In this document: piece by piece, positions 24,727 to 32,674 of the stretch | Numbering within the stretch: position 1 is the first letter of the stretch | Layout of the letters: every line of letters begins with the position of its first letter | Assembly: GCA_963636325.1 (NCBI GenBank) | Contig: CAVHKA010000004.1 | Span: 1-32,674 of the forward strand | Direction of reading: 5' to 3' | Source: Agathobacter sp. | Lineage (GTDB): Bacteria > Bacillota > Clostridia > Oscillospirales > Oscillospiraceae | Length of the DNA stretch: 32,674 bases | Made by a program: the position numbers and the translations under genes | The notes under the pieces: generated by a model | What the model was told of the DNA's origin: nothing | What the model saw: only the letters and a program-made list of their open reading frames with translations | Database searches by the model: none

Positions 24727-26822
24727 TGGGTGCCGCCTCCTCCCCGTCCGGTCTCCGCGTCGGTCAGACGCCGTATGTAGACGGAATCCTCCAGCCGGAC
24801 CTTCTTGTCCCGCCCGGCCAGCTGTATGTCAATGTCGTCGCCGTGCACCGCCAGCTCCAGCAGGCCCCGCTCCCGGAACACCGCCAGACAGAAGGCGCTG
24901 CGCAGGAAGCCGTCGGCCTTGCCCGTGGCCGCCGACAGGGACCGTAGCAGCGGCAGATATGCCGTGTGCAGCGCGCCCTCCGGCGTCAGGTGGACCAGCG
25001 TCCGCCACACCGCCGCGTACTGCTCCCGGGAGGGCAGCATCCGGTGGGCGTTCCTGGCGGATACCGTCTCTCCGGCGGTGCATTGCTCCACCAGCGTCAG
25101 GCACTCCTGCTCCCGGCTGCTGGCCGAGAGGGAGGGCCGGATGTCCACCATTTGCAGCTGCACCGTGCGGCTGCCCCGGAACTCGTTCACTTGCAGATAG
25201 AAGGCCGCGTCCACCCGGTCGCCCTCGGCGCAGCCGCAGGCGGCGGAGCTGGTGGAAAAGAAGATGCCGTCAAACTGGACGTTGCCCTTGCCCAGCCGCA
25301 GCTTGAGATGGCGGTTCTGGCCCACGCTCTGGGTCCGCAGCAGCGTGGCGCCCATGAGACAGAACAGGGGCCGGGCGTTGCCGCTGCCGTAGGGCTCCAG
25401 CGCCGTCAGCGCCTCCACCTCCCGCAATGTCACCCGGCCGGGCTGGCGGATCTCCACATCCACTTCCAGCGCCGACTCCGGCGTTTTGCCCACCCAGTAT
25501 TCGGCGGCGTACTGGTTCATCCGCGCCCGGAAGGCGGGGATGTTGGCCTCGTCGATGGTAAAGCCCGCCGCCAGCTCATGGCCGCCGAAGCCCAGCAGCA
25601 GGTCGGAGCAGCTCTCCAGCGCGGCGAACAGGTTGAAGCCGCCCCAGCTGCGGCAGGAGCCCTTGCCCACGCCGCCGTTGAGATGGATCATGAAGCTGGG
25701 CCGGGAGTATTTCTCGCTGAGGCGGGAGGCCACGATGCCCACCACGCCCTGGTGCCACGTCTCCGACGCCAGCACCAGCGCCCGGCGCTGATCCTCCGGC
25801 AGCTCCTCGATCATGGCCTCGGCCTGGGAATAGATGGTCTGCTCCACACTCTGCCGCTCCCGGTTCAGGGCGCACAGGGCCTTGGCCAGCTCCTCCGCCT
25901 GCGCGGCGTCCTGACACAGCAGCAGGTCGGCGGCCATGTCCGCCGCGCCCATACGGCCCGCCGCGTTGATGCGGGGCGCCAGCACGAACCCGATCTGTAC
26001 GGAGGAGAGCTCCCGTCCGGCCAGACCCGCCTCCTTCAGCAGGGCGTGCAGCCCGATAAAGTCCGAGCGGTCCAACGAGGCAAGGCCACGGGACACGATG
26101 GTGCGGTTCTCACCGGTCATCTGCATCACGTCCGCCACCGTGCCGATGGCCGCCAGCGTGCAGTACCGGGAGAACAGGGCCTCCTCCCTGTCGGGGCCGC
26201 CCAGCGCCAGCACCAGCTTCAGCGCCACGCCGCAGCCCGCCAGATGCTTGAAGGGGTATTCACAGTCGGTGCGGCGGGGGTCCACCACCGCGGCCGCCAC
26301 CGGCAGCGTCTCCTTGCACTCGTGGTGGTCGGTGACCACCACGTCCATGCCGATGGACCGGGCATAGGCCACCTCCTCCACGCCGGTGATGCCGCAGTCC
26401 ACGGTCACCAGCAGCGTGGCGCCGCCCTTGCGCAGCCCCTCGATGGCCTCGCGGCTGAGGCCGTAGCCGTCCTCGATGCGCCGGGGGATGTAGTGCACCA
26501 CGTCGGCGCCCCGGCCTTTCAGATAATCCACCATGATGCAGGTGGCGGTGATGCCGTCCACGTCATAGTCACCGAAAATGGCGATCTTCTCGCCGTCGGC
26601 CAGCGCCCGGTCGATCCGGGCCACGGCCTGGTCCATGTCCTTCATCAGAAAGGGCGAGTGGGACAGCGTGGTCTCCTGTGTCAGATATTCCGTGGCCTGC
26701 TCCGGACAGTTCACGCCGCGGCTGGCCAATACGTTGGACACCAGATAGGGGTAGCCCGCGTCCGTCAGCCGCTCTACCGCGGCGCAGTCCGTCTGCGCCA
26801 CACGCCAGACGGGAAACTTCAT
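24723..26822 (-). CDS. recJ: Single-stranded-DNA-specific exonuclease RecJ
   Basis: GDYDVDG, TVDCG, TDHH, GTVADV, PRINAAGR, GGHELAAG, LEPYGSGN. Confidence 0.97.
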   Translation of the reverse strand: MKFPVWRVAQTDCAAVERLTDAGYPYLVSNVLASRGVNCPEQATEYLTQETTLSHSPFLMKDMDQAVARIDRALADGEKIAIFGDYDVDGITATCIMVDYLKGRGADVVHYIPRRIEDGYGLSREAIEGLRKGGATLLVTVDCGITGVEEVAYARSIGMDVVVTDHHECKETLPVAAAVVDPRRTDCEYPFKHLAGCGVALKLVLALGGPDREEALFSRYCTLAAIGTVADVMQMTGENRTIVSRGLASLDRSDFIGLHALLKEAGLAGRELSSVQIGFVLAPRINAAGRMGAADMAADLLLCQDAAQAEELAKALCALNRERQSVEQTIYSQAEAMIEELPEDQRRALVLASETWHQGVVGIVASRLSEKYSRPSFMIHLNGGVGKGSCRSWGGFNLFAALESCSDLLLGFGGHELAAGFTIDEANIPAFRARMNQYAAEYWVGKTPESALEVDVEIRQPGRVTLREVEALTALEPYGSGNARPLFCLMGATLLRTQSVGQNRHLKLRLGKGNVQFDGIFFSTSSAACGCAEGDRVDAAFYLQVNEFRGSRTVQLQMVDIRPSLSASSREQECLTLVEQCTAGETVSARNAHRMLPSREQYAAVWRTLVHLTPEGALHTAYLPLLRSLSAATGKADGFLRSAFCLAVFRERGLLELAVHGDDIDIQLAGRDKKVRLEDSVYIRRLTDAETGRGGGGTQ

Positions 26823-26862
26823 GGTCTGTCGACTCCTTTCGTTTCCTTCTATAATAAATTAT

Positions 26863-26891
26863 AGTATACCAAGTTTTGCGGCAAAGGTAAA
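26863..26891 (-). promoter_or_regulatory. Sigma-A promoter of recJ operon
   Basis: Minus strand TTTACC-17 bp-TATACT with extended TG. Confidence 0.6.
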
Positions 26892-26913
26892 GGAAAAAAT
26901 CTGTCGTCTTCTG

Positions 26914-26942
26914 TTGCAATCGGGGGAAGTGTACCGTATAAT
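26914..26942 (+). promoter_or_regulatory. Sigma-A promoter of E2-like gene
   Basis: TTGCAA-17 bp-TATAAT. Confidence 0.75.
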
Positions 26943-26976
26943 GGAAATGAAAACCACAGAATCGAGGAACCAGCCT

Positions 26977-27798
26977 ATGCGCCCTGACGGTACCCGCGTC
27001 AAAGACCTGCCGCCTATCGTGGCGGCCATCCCCTATATCATGCCCAAGCGGTATGACGCACAGAACACCATCACCGAGTATATCGATGAGGAGCTGATCA
27101 AGTCCTATATCCGGGAGAAGCGCCGCGGCGGCGTCCGGATCAATCATATGGCCGTGATCATCGCCGCCTATTACCGGGCGGTGATGTATAACCCCAAGCT
27201 GAACTACTTCATCATGAACAGCAAGGTCTATAAGCGGAACCATTTCTGCGTATCCTTCGTGATCCTGAAGAAGCTGGCGGACGGGCGGCCCGACGAAACG
27301 TCCCTGAAGATCTTCCTGACGCCGGAGGACACCGTATTCACCATCCAGCAGAAGATCACCGACGCGGTGTCCGCCAACTCCGCCACCGAGCAGAAGAACA
27401 GCACCGATAAGTTCGCCCGCATGATGTTCTCCTTTTCCCTGCTGCCCAAGCTGGTCATCTGGCTGGCGTACCATCTGGACAAGCTGGGTCTGCTGCCCCG
27501 GAAGATCATCGACCTGAGCCCCTTCCACACCAGCATGTTCATCACCAACCTGGCCTCCATCAAGACCAGCTACATCCACCACCATTGCTATGAGTTCGGC
27601 ACCACCAGCGTGTTCGTCTGCATGGGAAAGCCCGTGCCGGATTACATGAGCGGCAATCTCAACAAGAAGATCATGCCCCTGGGCGTGGTGATGGACGAGC
27701 GCATCTGCACCGGCTATGAATACGCCGCCTTCTGCAACGATTTCCGCAAGTTCCTCCGCAAACCGGAGGAGCTGGAAGTGCCTTATAAAGCGGAATAA
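26977..27798 (+). CDS. Stand-alone 2-oxoacid dehydrogenase E2-like (CAT-like) acyltransferase domain protein
   Basis: P.LNYFI, SMFITNLASI, MPLGVVMDERICTGY aligning to E2 DHRxxDG region; start placed after promoter and GAGGA RBS. Confidence 0.75.
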   Translation: MRPDGTRVKDLPPIVAAIPYIMPKRYDAQNTITEYIDEELIKSYIREKRRGGVRINHMAVIIAAYYRAVMYNPKLNYFIMNSKVYKRNHFCVSFVILKKLADGRPDETSLKIFLTPEDTVFTIQQKITDAVSANSATEQKNSTDKFARMMFSFSLLPKLVIWLAYHLDKLGLLPRKIIDLSPFHTSMFITNLASIKTSYIHHHCYEFGTTSVFVCMGKPVPDYMSGNLNKKIMPLGVVMDERICTGYEYAAFCNDFRKFLRKPEELEVPYKAE

Positions 27799-27804
27799 AT
27801 GAAG

Positions 27805-27832
27805 AAAAGCTGCCCGCGAGGGCAGCTTTTTT
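27805..27832 (+). terminator. Intrinsic terminator
   Basis: AAAAGCTGCCC-gcga-GGGCAGCTTTTTT. Confidence 0.85.
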
Positions 27833-27841
27833 GTTTTGTGC

Positions 27842-28071
27842 GGGCCGATGTGGGCATCGGCCCCTACGCAATTCTATCGTACCGATTCGTAGGGGGCGAT
27901 GCCCACATCGCCCCGCACGGAAGGTGCAGCAGGTCCGGTAAACATTTGTAGGGGCGGACGACTCTGTCCGCCCCAGAAAACACAGCGAACATCGGCAGGG
28001 CGGGCAGAGTCGCCCGCCCCTACAGCTGACTGTCGATAGAATTGCGTAGGACGGCCTGCCCTCAGGCCGCC
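27842..28071. repeat. Cluster of five GTAG-type REPs
   Basis: 27842-27867, 27889-27914, 27948-27973, 27998-28023, 28046-28071. Confidence 0.88.
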
Positions 28072-28087
28072 GTGCCCCCAACAACCA

Positions 28088-28119
28088 GGAAAAGGGAGGA
28101 CTTGCGTCCTCCCTTTTCC
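28088..28119 (-). terminator. Terminator of downstream atoE-like copy
   Basis: GGAAAAGGGAGGAC-ttgc-GTCCTCCCTTTTCC. Confidence 0.8.
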
Positions 28120-28165
28120 ACACCATATAAACCACAGGGCGGCAGATCGCCGGGTATACGGAAGA

Positions 28166-29509
28166 TCAGAACCAGGCGGCCCAGGCCAGGAAGCCCAGGC
28201 AGGCCACGACGCCGGTGAACAGCAGCACGATCACCAGATAGCCCATGATGTCGCGGGCGGACAGCTTGGCGATGCCAAGGGCCGGCAGCGCCCAGAAGGG
28301 CTGGATCATGTTGGTCCACTGGTCGCCCCAGGCGATAGCCATGGCGGTACGGCCGTTCTCGATACCCATGGCCATACCGGCGGGCATCATGATGGGGCCC
28401 TGAACAGCCCACTGGCCGCCGCCGGAGGGCACGAAGAAGTTCACCACACCGGCCGCCAGGAAGGTCAGCATGGGGAAGGTGACATTGGTGGAGATGCTGA
28501 CGAAGAACTCGGAGATAACGCCCGCCAGAGACACGCCCTGGTCGTTGGCGGCCACCATCATGCCCATGATACCGGCATAGAAGGGGAACTGCAGCAGGAT
28601 ACCGGCGGCGCCGGCGGCAGCGTCGGAGATGGCGTCCACATAGCGGCGCAGATCACCGTGCAGCAGGATGCCCAGGAACATGAAGATCATGTTGACGATG
28701 TTCAGGCCCAGGGTGAAGCCGTTCTGCACGAAGTAGTAAATGATGTAAACAAAGCCGCCCACCAGCGTGATGACCCACAGGATCTTGGAGTGCTCCATCT
28801 TATCGGCAGGGGTCTTGATCTCATAGGTGCGGCCCTCTTCCTCCACCAGCAGAGAGGGGTCGATGGTGACGGTATGATCCTTATCGGGATGCATGGCGTA
28901 GTTGACGAAGGGCATGGCCAGCAGGATCACGCCCACCATGATCAGGTTCACGGGGTGGAACACGGTGTCGGTAATGGGCGCCTGATACAGCACCTCGCCG
29001 AAGGTCTTACCGGCCACCAGATCCAGCGGAATGGAGCCGGACAGGCCCGCGTGCCAGATGACGAAGCCGGAGTAGGCGGAGGCGATCAGCAGGGGATAGT
29101 CCACCGTAGGCACACGGCGCACCACCTCCTTGGCCAGCAGCGCGCCGATGACCAGACCAAAGCCCCAGTTGAGCCAGCAGCAGATGGTGGAAATAAAGGT
29201 GGTCACCACAATGGCCTGCATGTTGTTGCGGCACAGGCCGGCGGCGGCCCGCAGCGCCTTCTTACAGGGTTTCGCGGAAGCCATGGCGCTGCCCAGCACC
29301 AGCACCAGCGCCATCTGCATGGAGAAGGACAGCAGGCCCCAGAAGCCCTTGTCGTTACCCCATGCGGTCAGCACCTTCAGCGGGCCCATTCCCGTGGCCA
29401 GCATGGCGCCGATGAAAACGATGATGCTCAGAATAATGGCAAACAGGAAGGCGTCAGGAAGCCATCTGTTGACTACGCGCACGCAGCCGTTGGTGAATTT
29501 TTTGAACAC
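28166..29509 (-). CDS. atoE: Short-chain fatty acid transporter, AtoE family (copy 2)
   Basis: RWLPDAFLFA, FSMQMAL, WLNWGFGLV, DYPLLIASAYSG, QFPFYAGIMGMM, FVPSGGGQWAVQGP, WGDQWTNMIQPFWALP; GTG start after GAGGAG. Confidence 0.9.
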   Translation of the reverse strand: MFKKFTNGCVRVVNRWLPDAFLFAIILSIIVFIGAMLATGMGPLKVLTAWGNDKGFWGLLSFSMQMALVLVLGSAMASAKPCKKALRAAAGLCRNNMQAIVVTTFISTICCWLNWGFGLVIGALLAKEVVRRVPTVDYPLLIASAYSGFVIWHAGLSGSIPLDLVAGKTFGEVLYQAPITDTVFHPVNLIMVGVILLAMPFVNYAMHPDKDHTVTIDPSLLVEEEGRTYEIKTPADKMEHSKILWVITLVGGFVYIIYYFVQNGFTLGLNIVNMIFMFLGILLHGDLRRYVDAISDAAAGAAGILLQFPFYAGIMGMMVAANDQGVSLAGVISEFFVSISTNVTFPMLTFLAAGVVNFFVPSGGGQWAVQGPIMMPAGMAMGIENGRTAMAIAWGDQWTNMIQPFWALPALGIAKLSARDIMGYLVIVLLFTGVVACLGFLAWAAWF

Positions 29510-29587
29510 AGATCTCACTCTCCTCACAAAAATTTGCGGCGCCGGCAGCTGTGTCGGACGGTCGGCGTCCTGTTAGAATCGCGTCGA

Positions 29588-29638
29588 TTGTTCACGATTT
29601 AACAATTTCATTATAATCCTCGCCGCGGGAAATTGGAA
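29588..29638 (-). promoter_or_regulatory. Sigma-A promoter with Rex-like operator
   Basis: Minus strand TTCCAA-17-TATAAT (29638-29610); TTGTTCACGATTTAACAA at 29588-29605 matches TTGTTAANNNNTTAACAA with one mismatch. Confidence 0.65.
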
Positions 29639-29714
29639 TCAAGGAGCTGTGAAGGTTGCGAAGCGCGGTATTAAGACACTGTGTATAAAGGATGGAAAAC
29701 CATATACAAAAGAT

Positions 29715-29751
29715 AAAAGGCAATGAGAGAGCAAAACTCTCTCATTGCCTT
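29715..29751 (-). terminator. Terminator of upstream atoE-like copy
   Basis: AAGGCAATGAGAGAG-caaaa-CTCTCTCATTGCCTT. Confidence 0.82.
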
Positions 29752-29796
29752 CACCATATAAACCACAAGGCGGCAGATCGCCGGGTATACGGAAGA

Positions 29797-31140
29797 TCAG
29801 AACCAGGCGGCCCAGGCCAGGAAGCCCAGGCAGGCCACAACGCCGGTGAACAGCAGCACGATCACCAGATAGCCCATGATGTCGCGTGCGGACAGCTTGG
29901 CGATGCCAAGGGCCGGCAGGGCCCAGAACGGCTGGATCATGTTGGTCCACTGGTCGCCCCAGGCAATAGCCATGGCGGTACGGCCGTTCTCGATACCCAT
30001 AGCCATACCGGCGGGCATCATGATGGGGCCCTGAACGGCCCACTGGCCGCCGCCGGAGGGAACGAAGAAGTTCACCACACCGGCTGCCAGGAAGGACAGC
30101 ATGGGGAAAGTGACATTGTTGGAAATGCTGACAAAGAACTGGGAGATAACGCCCGCCAGAGACACACCCTGGTCGTTGGCGGCCACCATCATGCCCATGA
30201 TACCGGCATAGAAGGGGAACTGCAGCAGGATACCGGCGGCGCCGGCGGCAGCCTCGGAGATAGCGTCCACATAACGGCGCAGGTCGCCATGCAGCAGCAG
30301 ACCCAGGAACAGGAAGATCATGTTGACGATGTTCAGGCCCAGGGTGAAGCCGTTCTGCACGAAGTAATAAATAATGTACACGAAGCCGCCCACCACGGTG
30401 ATGACCCACAGGATCTTGGAGTGCTCCATCTTGTCGGCAGGGGTCTTGATCTCGTAAGTCTTATCCTCGTCCTCCACCAGCAGAGAGGGGTCGATGGTGA
30501 CGGTATGATCCTTATCGGGATGCATGGCGTAGTTGACGAAGGGCATGGCCAGCAGGATGACGCCGCACATAATGAGGTTCATGGGATGGAACACGGTATC
30601 AGTGATGGGGGCCTGATACAGCACCTCGCCGAAGGTCTTGCCGGCCACCAGATCCAGAGGAATGGAGCCGGACAGACCGGCGTGCCAGATCACGAAGCCG
30701 GAATAGGCGGAGGCGATCAGCAGCGGATAGTCCACGGTGGGAACGCGGCGGACCACTTCCTTGGCCAGCAGCGCGCCGATGACCAGGCCGAAGCCCCAGT
30801 TCAGCCAGCAGCAGATGGTGGACACGAAGGTGGTGACCACGATGGCCTGCATGTTGTTGTGGCACAGACCGGCGGCAGCCCGCAGCGCCTTCTTACAGGG
30901 TTTCGCGGAGGCCATAGCGCTTCCGAATACCAGCACCAGCGCCATCTGCATGGAGAAGGCCAGCAGGCCCCAGAAGCCCTTGGCGTCGCCCCATGCGTTC
31001 AGGACGGCGAGAGGACCCATTCCTGTGGCCAGCATCGCGCCGATATAGACGATGATGCTCAGAATAATGGCGAACAGGAAGGCGTCGGGCAGCCATCTGT
31101 TGACTACGCGCACGCAGCCGTTGGTGAATTTTTTGAACAC
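29797..31140 (-). CDS. atoE: Short-chain fatty acid transporter, AtoE family (copy 1)
   Basis: Same motifs and length as copy 2; GTG start after GAGGAG. Confidence 0.9.
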   Translation of the reverse strand: MFKKFTNGCVRVVNRWLPDAFLFAIILSIIVYIGAMLATGMGPLAVLNAWGDAKGFWGLLAFSMQMALVLVFGSAMASAKPCKKALRAAAGLCHNNMQAIVVTTFVSTICCWLNWGFGLVIGALLAKEVVRRVPTVDYPLLIASAYSGFVIWHAGLSGSIPLDLVAGKTFGEVLYQAPITDTVFHPMNLIMCGVILLAMPFVNYAMHPDKDHTVTIDPSLLVEDEDKTYEIKTPADKMEHSKILWVITVVGGFVYIIYYFVQNGFTLGLNIVNMIFLFLGLLLHGDLRRYVDAISEAAAGAAGILLQFPFYAGIMGMMVAANDQGVSLAGVISQFFVSISNNVTFPMLSFLAAGVVNFFVPSGGGQWAVQGPIMMPAGMAMGIENGRTAMAIAWGDQWTNMIQPFWALPALGIAKLSARDIMGYLVIVLLFTGVVACLGFLAWAAWF

Positions 31141-31256
31141 AGATTTCACTCTCCTCACAAAAATTTTCAGGCGAACGGTTGTGTCGGGCCGCCCGCTTCG
31201 TAAAAAGGCCTGCGGTGAGAATGACGTTTCTCCGCCGCGGGTCAGCTACCGCTATC

Positions 31257-31284
31257 ATTATAACGTAAATAAAAGGAAAATCAA
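31257..31284 (-). promoter_or_regulatory. Probable sigma-A promoter of atoE copy 1
   Basis: Minus strand TTGATT-16 bp-TATAAT in AT-rich region. Confidence 0.5.
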
Positions 31285-31382
31285 ATCGAGAGATTAACAA
31301 AAAATTCACAAAATACTTGTGTAAATTGTCAAAACATAAACGAAGTCAGAGGAAACCAAACAAAAATTTTACGCCGGAACAG

Positions 31383-31417
31383 AAAAACGCCGCCGGACGC
31401 GCTGGCGTCCGGCGGCG
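31383..31417 (-). terminator. Terminator of DUF975 gene
   Basis: CGCCGCCGGACGC-gctg-GCGTCCGGCGGCG with T5 on minus strand. Confidence 0.8.
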
Positions 31418-31431
31418 GGAGAGGGAAACGA

Positions 31432-32202
31432 TCACCATTCAGGGCCCTGACCGCCGCCGAAGCGGTCGTCGGAGCGGAACTGGTCGTCACGGGGCGGCTG
31501 ATAGCCGATGCCGGACATCTCCTTGATAGCCTGGAAATAGCCGATGTCCGTCTGCTGGATATAGGGCGTGATCCAGATGCTCAGGATGCCCAGGGTCAGA
31601 GCGCACAGGAGGCTCCAGCCGATCCAGCTGAGGTCCAGCACGAACAGCTCCCACTTGTGGCCCCGTGTCTGGGCCTTGCTCATGTTGATGGCCTCCATCA
31701 CGCCCATCTCCGGATTTTCGCACAGGTTATACAGGGCGAAGCGGTACCGGTATCCGGCGATGATGCCGGGGATGATGAACAGCAGCGACCACAGGAAGAT
31801 GAAGATATACTGCACGATGGACAGCAGGATGATCTTCCCCACGAACAGGAAGCCGTCGAACATGGTGGAATAGGGGGTCTCCAGCCCCTTGCGGACGTTC
31901 AGGGCGTACAGGATATAACCGGCGCTGAGCACCACCGTCACCAGTGACACCACGATGGAGATAAAGCCCGATACCGCTGCCGGCAGGGCCAGCGGCGAGT
32001 TCAGATACACGCTGACGTCCACACCCATGTAGTTCTCCACATAGGTCACCACATCGTTCCGGGTGCCGCCGGACACCAGCCAGTCCACGCCGTCCAGCGC
32101 CAGGCCGATGGCCAGATACAGCAGCGTGAACAGATAGGCCGAGACCCTGGCGTTTTTGGTGATGGCCTTGGCCTCCATTTTCAATTGTACACGGTCAAGC
32201 AT
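31432..32202 (-). CDS. DUF975-family integral membrane protein
   Basis: DRVQLKMEAK, IFLWSLLFIIPGIIAGYRY, EAINMSK..TRGHKWELFVLDLSWIGW, IWITPY. Confidence 0.88.
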   Translation of the reverse strand: MLDRVQLKMEAKAITKNARVSAYLFTLLYLAIGLALDGVDWLVSGGTRNDVVTYVENYMGVDVSVYLNSPLALPAAVSGFISIVVSLVTVVLSAGYILYALNVRKGLETPYSTMFDGFLFVGKIILLSIVQYIFIFLWSLLFIIPGIIAGYRYRFALYNLCENPEMGVMEAINMSKAQTRGHKWELFVLDLSWIGWSLLCALTLGILSIWITPYIQQTDIGYFQAIKEMSGIGYQPPRDDQFRSDDRFGGGQGPEW

Positions 32203-32273
32203 AGAACCGCTCCTTTCTTATCACTCCGCCGACAGACATGCCGCCTGCCGGAAATTCCCAGCTGTTACCATAT

Positions 32274-32302
32274 ATTGTAGCACACGAAAGCGCGGAACGC
32301 AA
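32274..32302 (-). promoter_or_regulatory. Sigma-A promoter of DUF975 gene
   Basis: Minus strand TTGCGT-17 bp-TACAAT with extended TG. Confidence 0.65.
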
Positions 32303-32381
32303 GAGCGTCCGGGCTTCCGGGAAAAACAGCTAAGTAACCGACAAAAAAGGCAAAATTTCAGGAAGAATTCCCGCATAAGAC

Positions 32382-32440
32382 TGGACAACAGCAAGTTTTT
32401 GTTGTATGATAAAACGCAGTGTGAGGTGGTCTAACCACCT
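32382..32440 (+). promoter_or_regulatory. Sigma-A promoter of rnf operon with downstream dyad operator
   Basis: TGGACA-17-TATGAT (32382-32410); AGGTGGT-cta-ACCACCT (32424-32440). Confidence 0.6.
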
Positions 32441-32538
32441 GAAGTAGCCGATGGTGAAGATCAGGCGTGCGGACTTGGAACCCCCGCGCGTGTGATTCTC
32501 ACCATCAGATACGAATGCAGTAAGATGAGGTGAAGACA

Positions 32539-32674
32539 ATGGCACAAGCTTTCTTTGGCGGCGTTCATCCCAATGACATGAAGGCCGCGACCAATGAAAA
32601 GGCCATCGAACAGCTGGCAGCGCCGGCTGAGGTGGTCATTCCCATGTCTATGCACATCGGTGCGCCTTGCAAGC
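32539..32674 (+). CDS. rnfC: Rnf electron transport complex subunit C, N-terminus (3' truncated by window)
   Basis: Own translation: MAQAFFGGVHPNDMKAATNEKAIEQLAAPAEVVIPMSMHIGAPCK; GGVHP and PMSMHIGAP are RnfC N-terminal motifs; GAGGTG RBS. Confidence 0.8.
   Translation, partial: MAQAFFGGVHPNDMKAATNEKAIEQLAAPAEVVIPMSMHIGAPCK

Noticed and set aside
22363..26864. Long antisense ORFs (805 aa, 632 aa) and similar shadow ORFs elsewhere
   Set aside because: Mirror frames of rel, recJ and other real genes caused by high GC3; no RBS or recognisable motifs

Overview
High-GC chromosomal segment of a spore-forming clostridial firmicute. Gene content and repeat style suggest Oscillospiraceae (inference). 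From left to right: the 3' end of an RND efflux permease; a minus-strand cobamide nucleotide-loop operon (TIM-barrel gene, cobT, cobU, cobS, a short second cobU-like gene, cobC) ending in yqeC; a divergent type II (FecCD/BtuCDF-like) ABC importer with a SAM methyltransferase, followed by xdhC and an NTPase; a LysR gene with a gene-less divergent transcription unit (candidate sRNA); hpf; a two-gene cassette encoding an RRE-like/radical SAM/Twitch enzyme and a membrane-anchored protein with a Gly-rich, (Cys-Ala)n cytoplasmic tail; the housekeeping block recJ-rel-dtd-MBL-hemZ-yabM-hup-yabO-yabP-yabQ-divIC; a stand-alone E2-like acyltransferase domain; two tandem near-identical AtoE-family transporters; a DUF975 protein; and the start of rnfC. 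Intergenic regions carry about 22 GTAG-type REP palindromes and a second two-hairpin repeat family. The best candidates for new biology are the radical SAM/(Cys-Ala)n-tail pair, the LysR-controlled sRNA and a possible CbiR-like cobamide-remodelling enzyme. All family calls come from motif recognition by eye; no searches were run.
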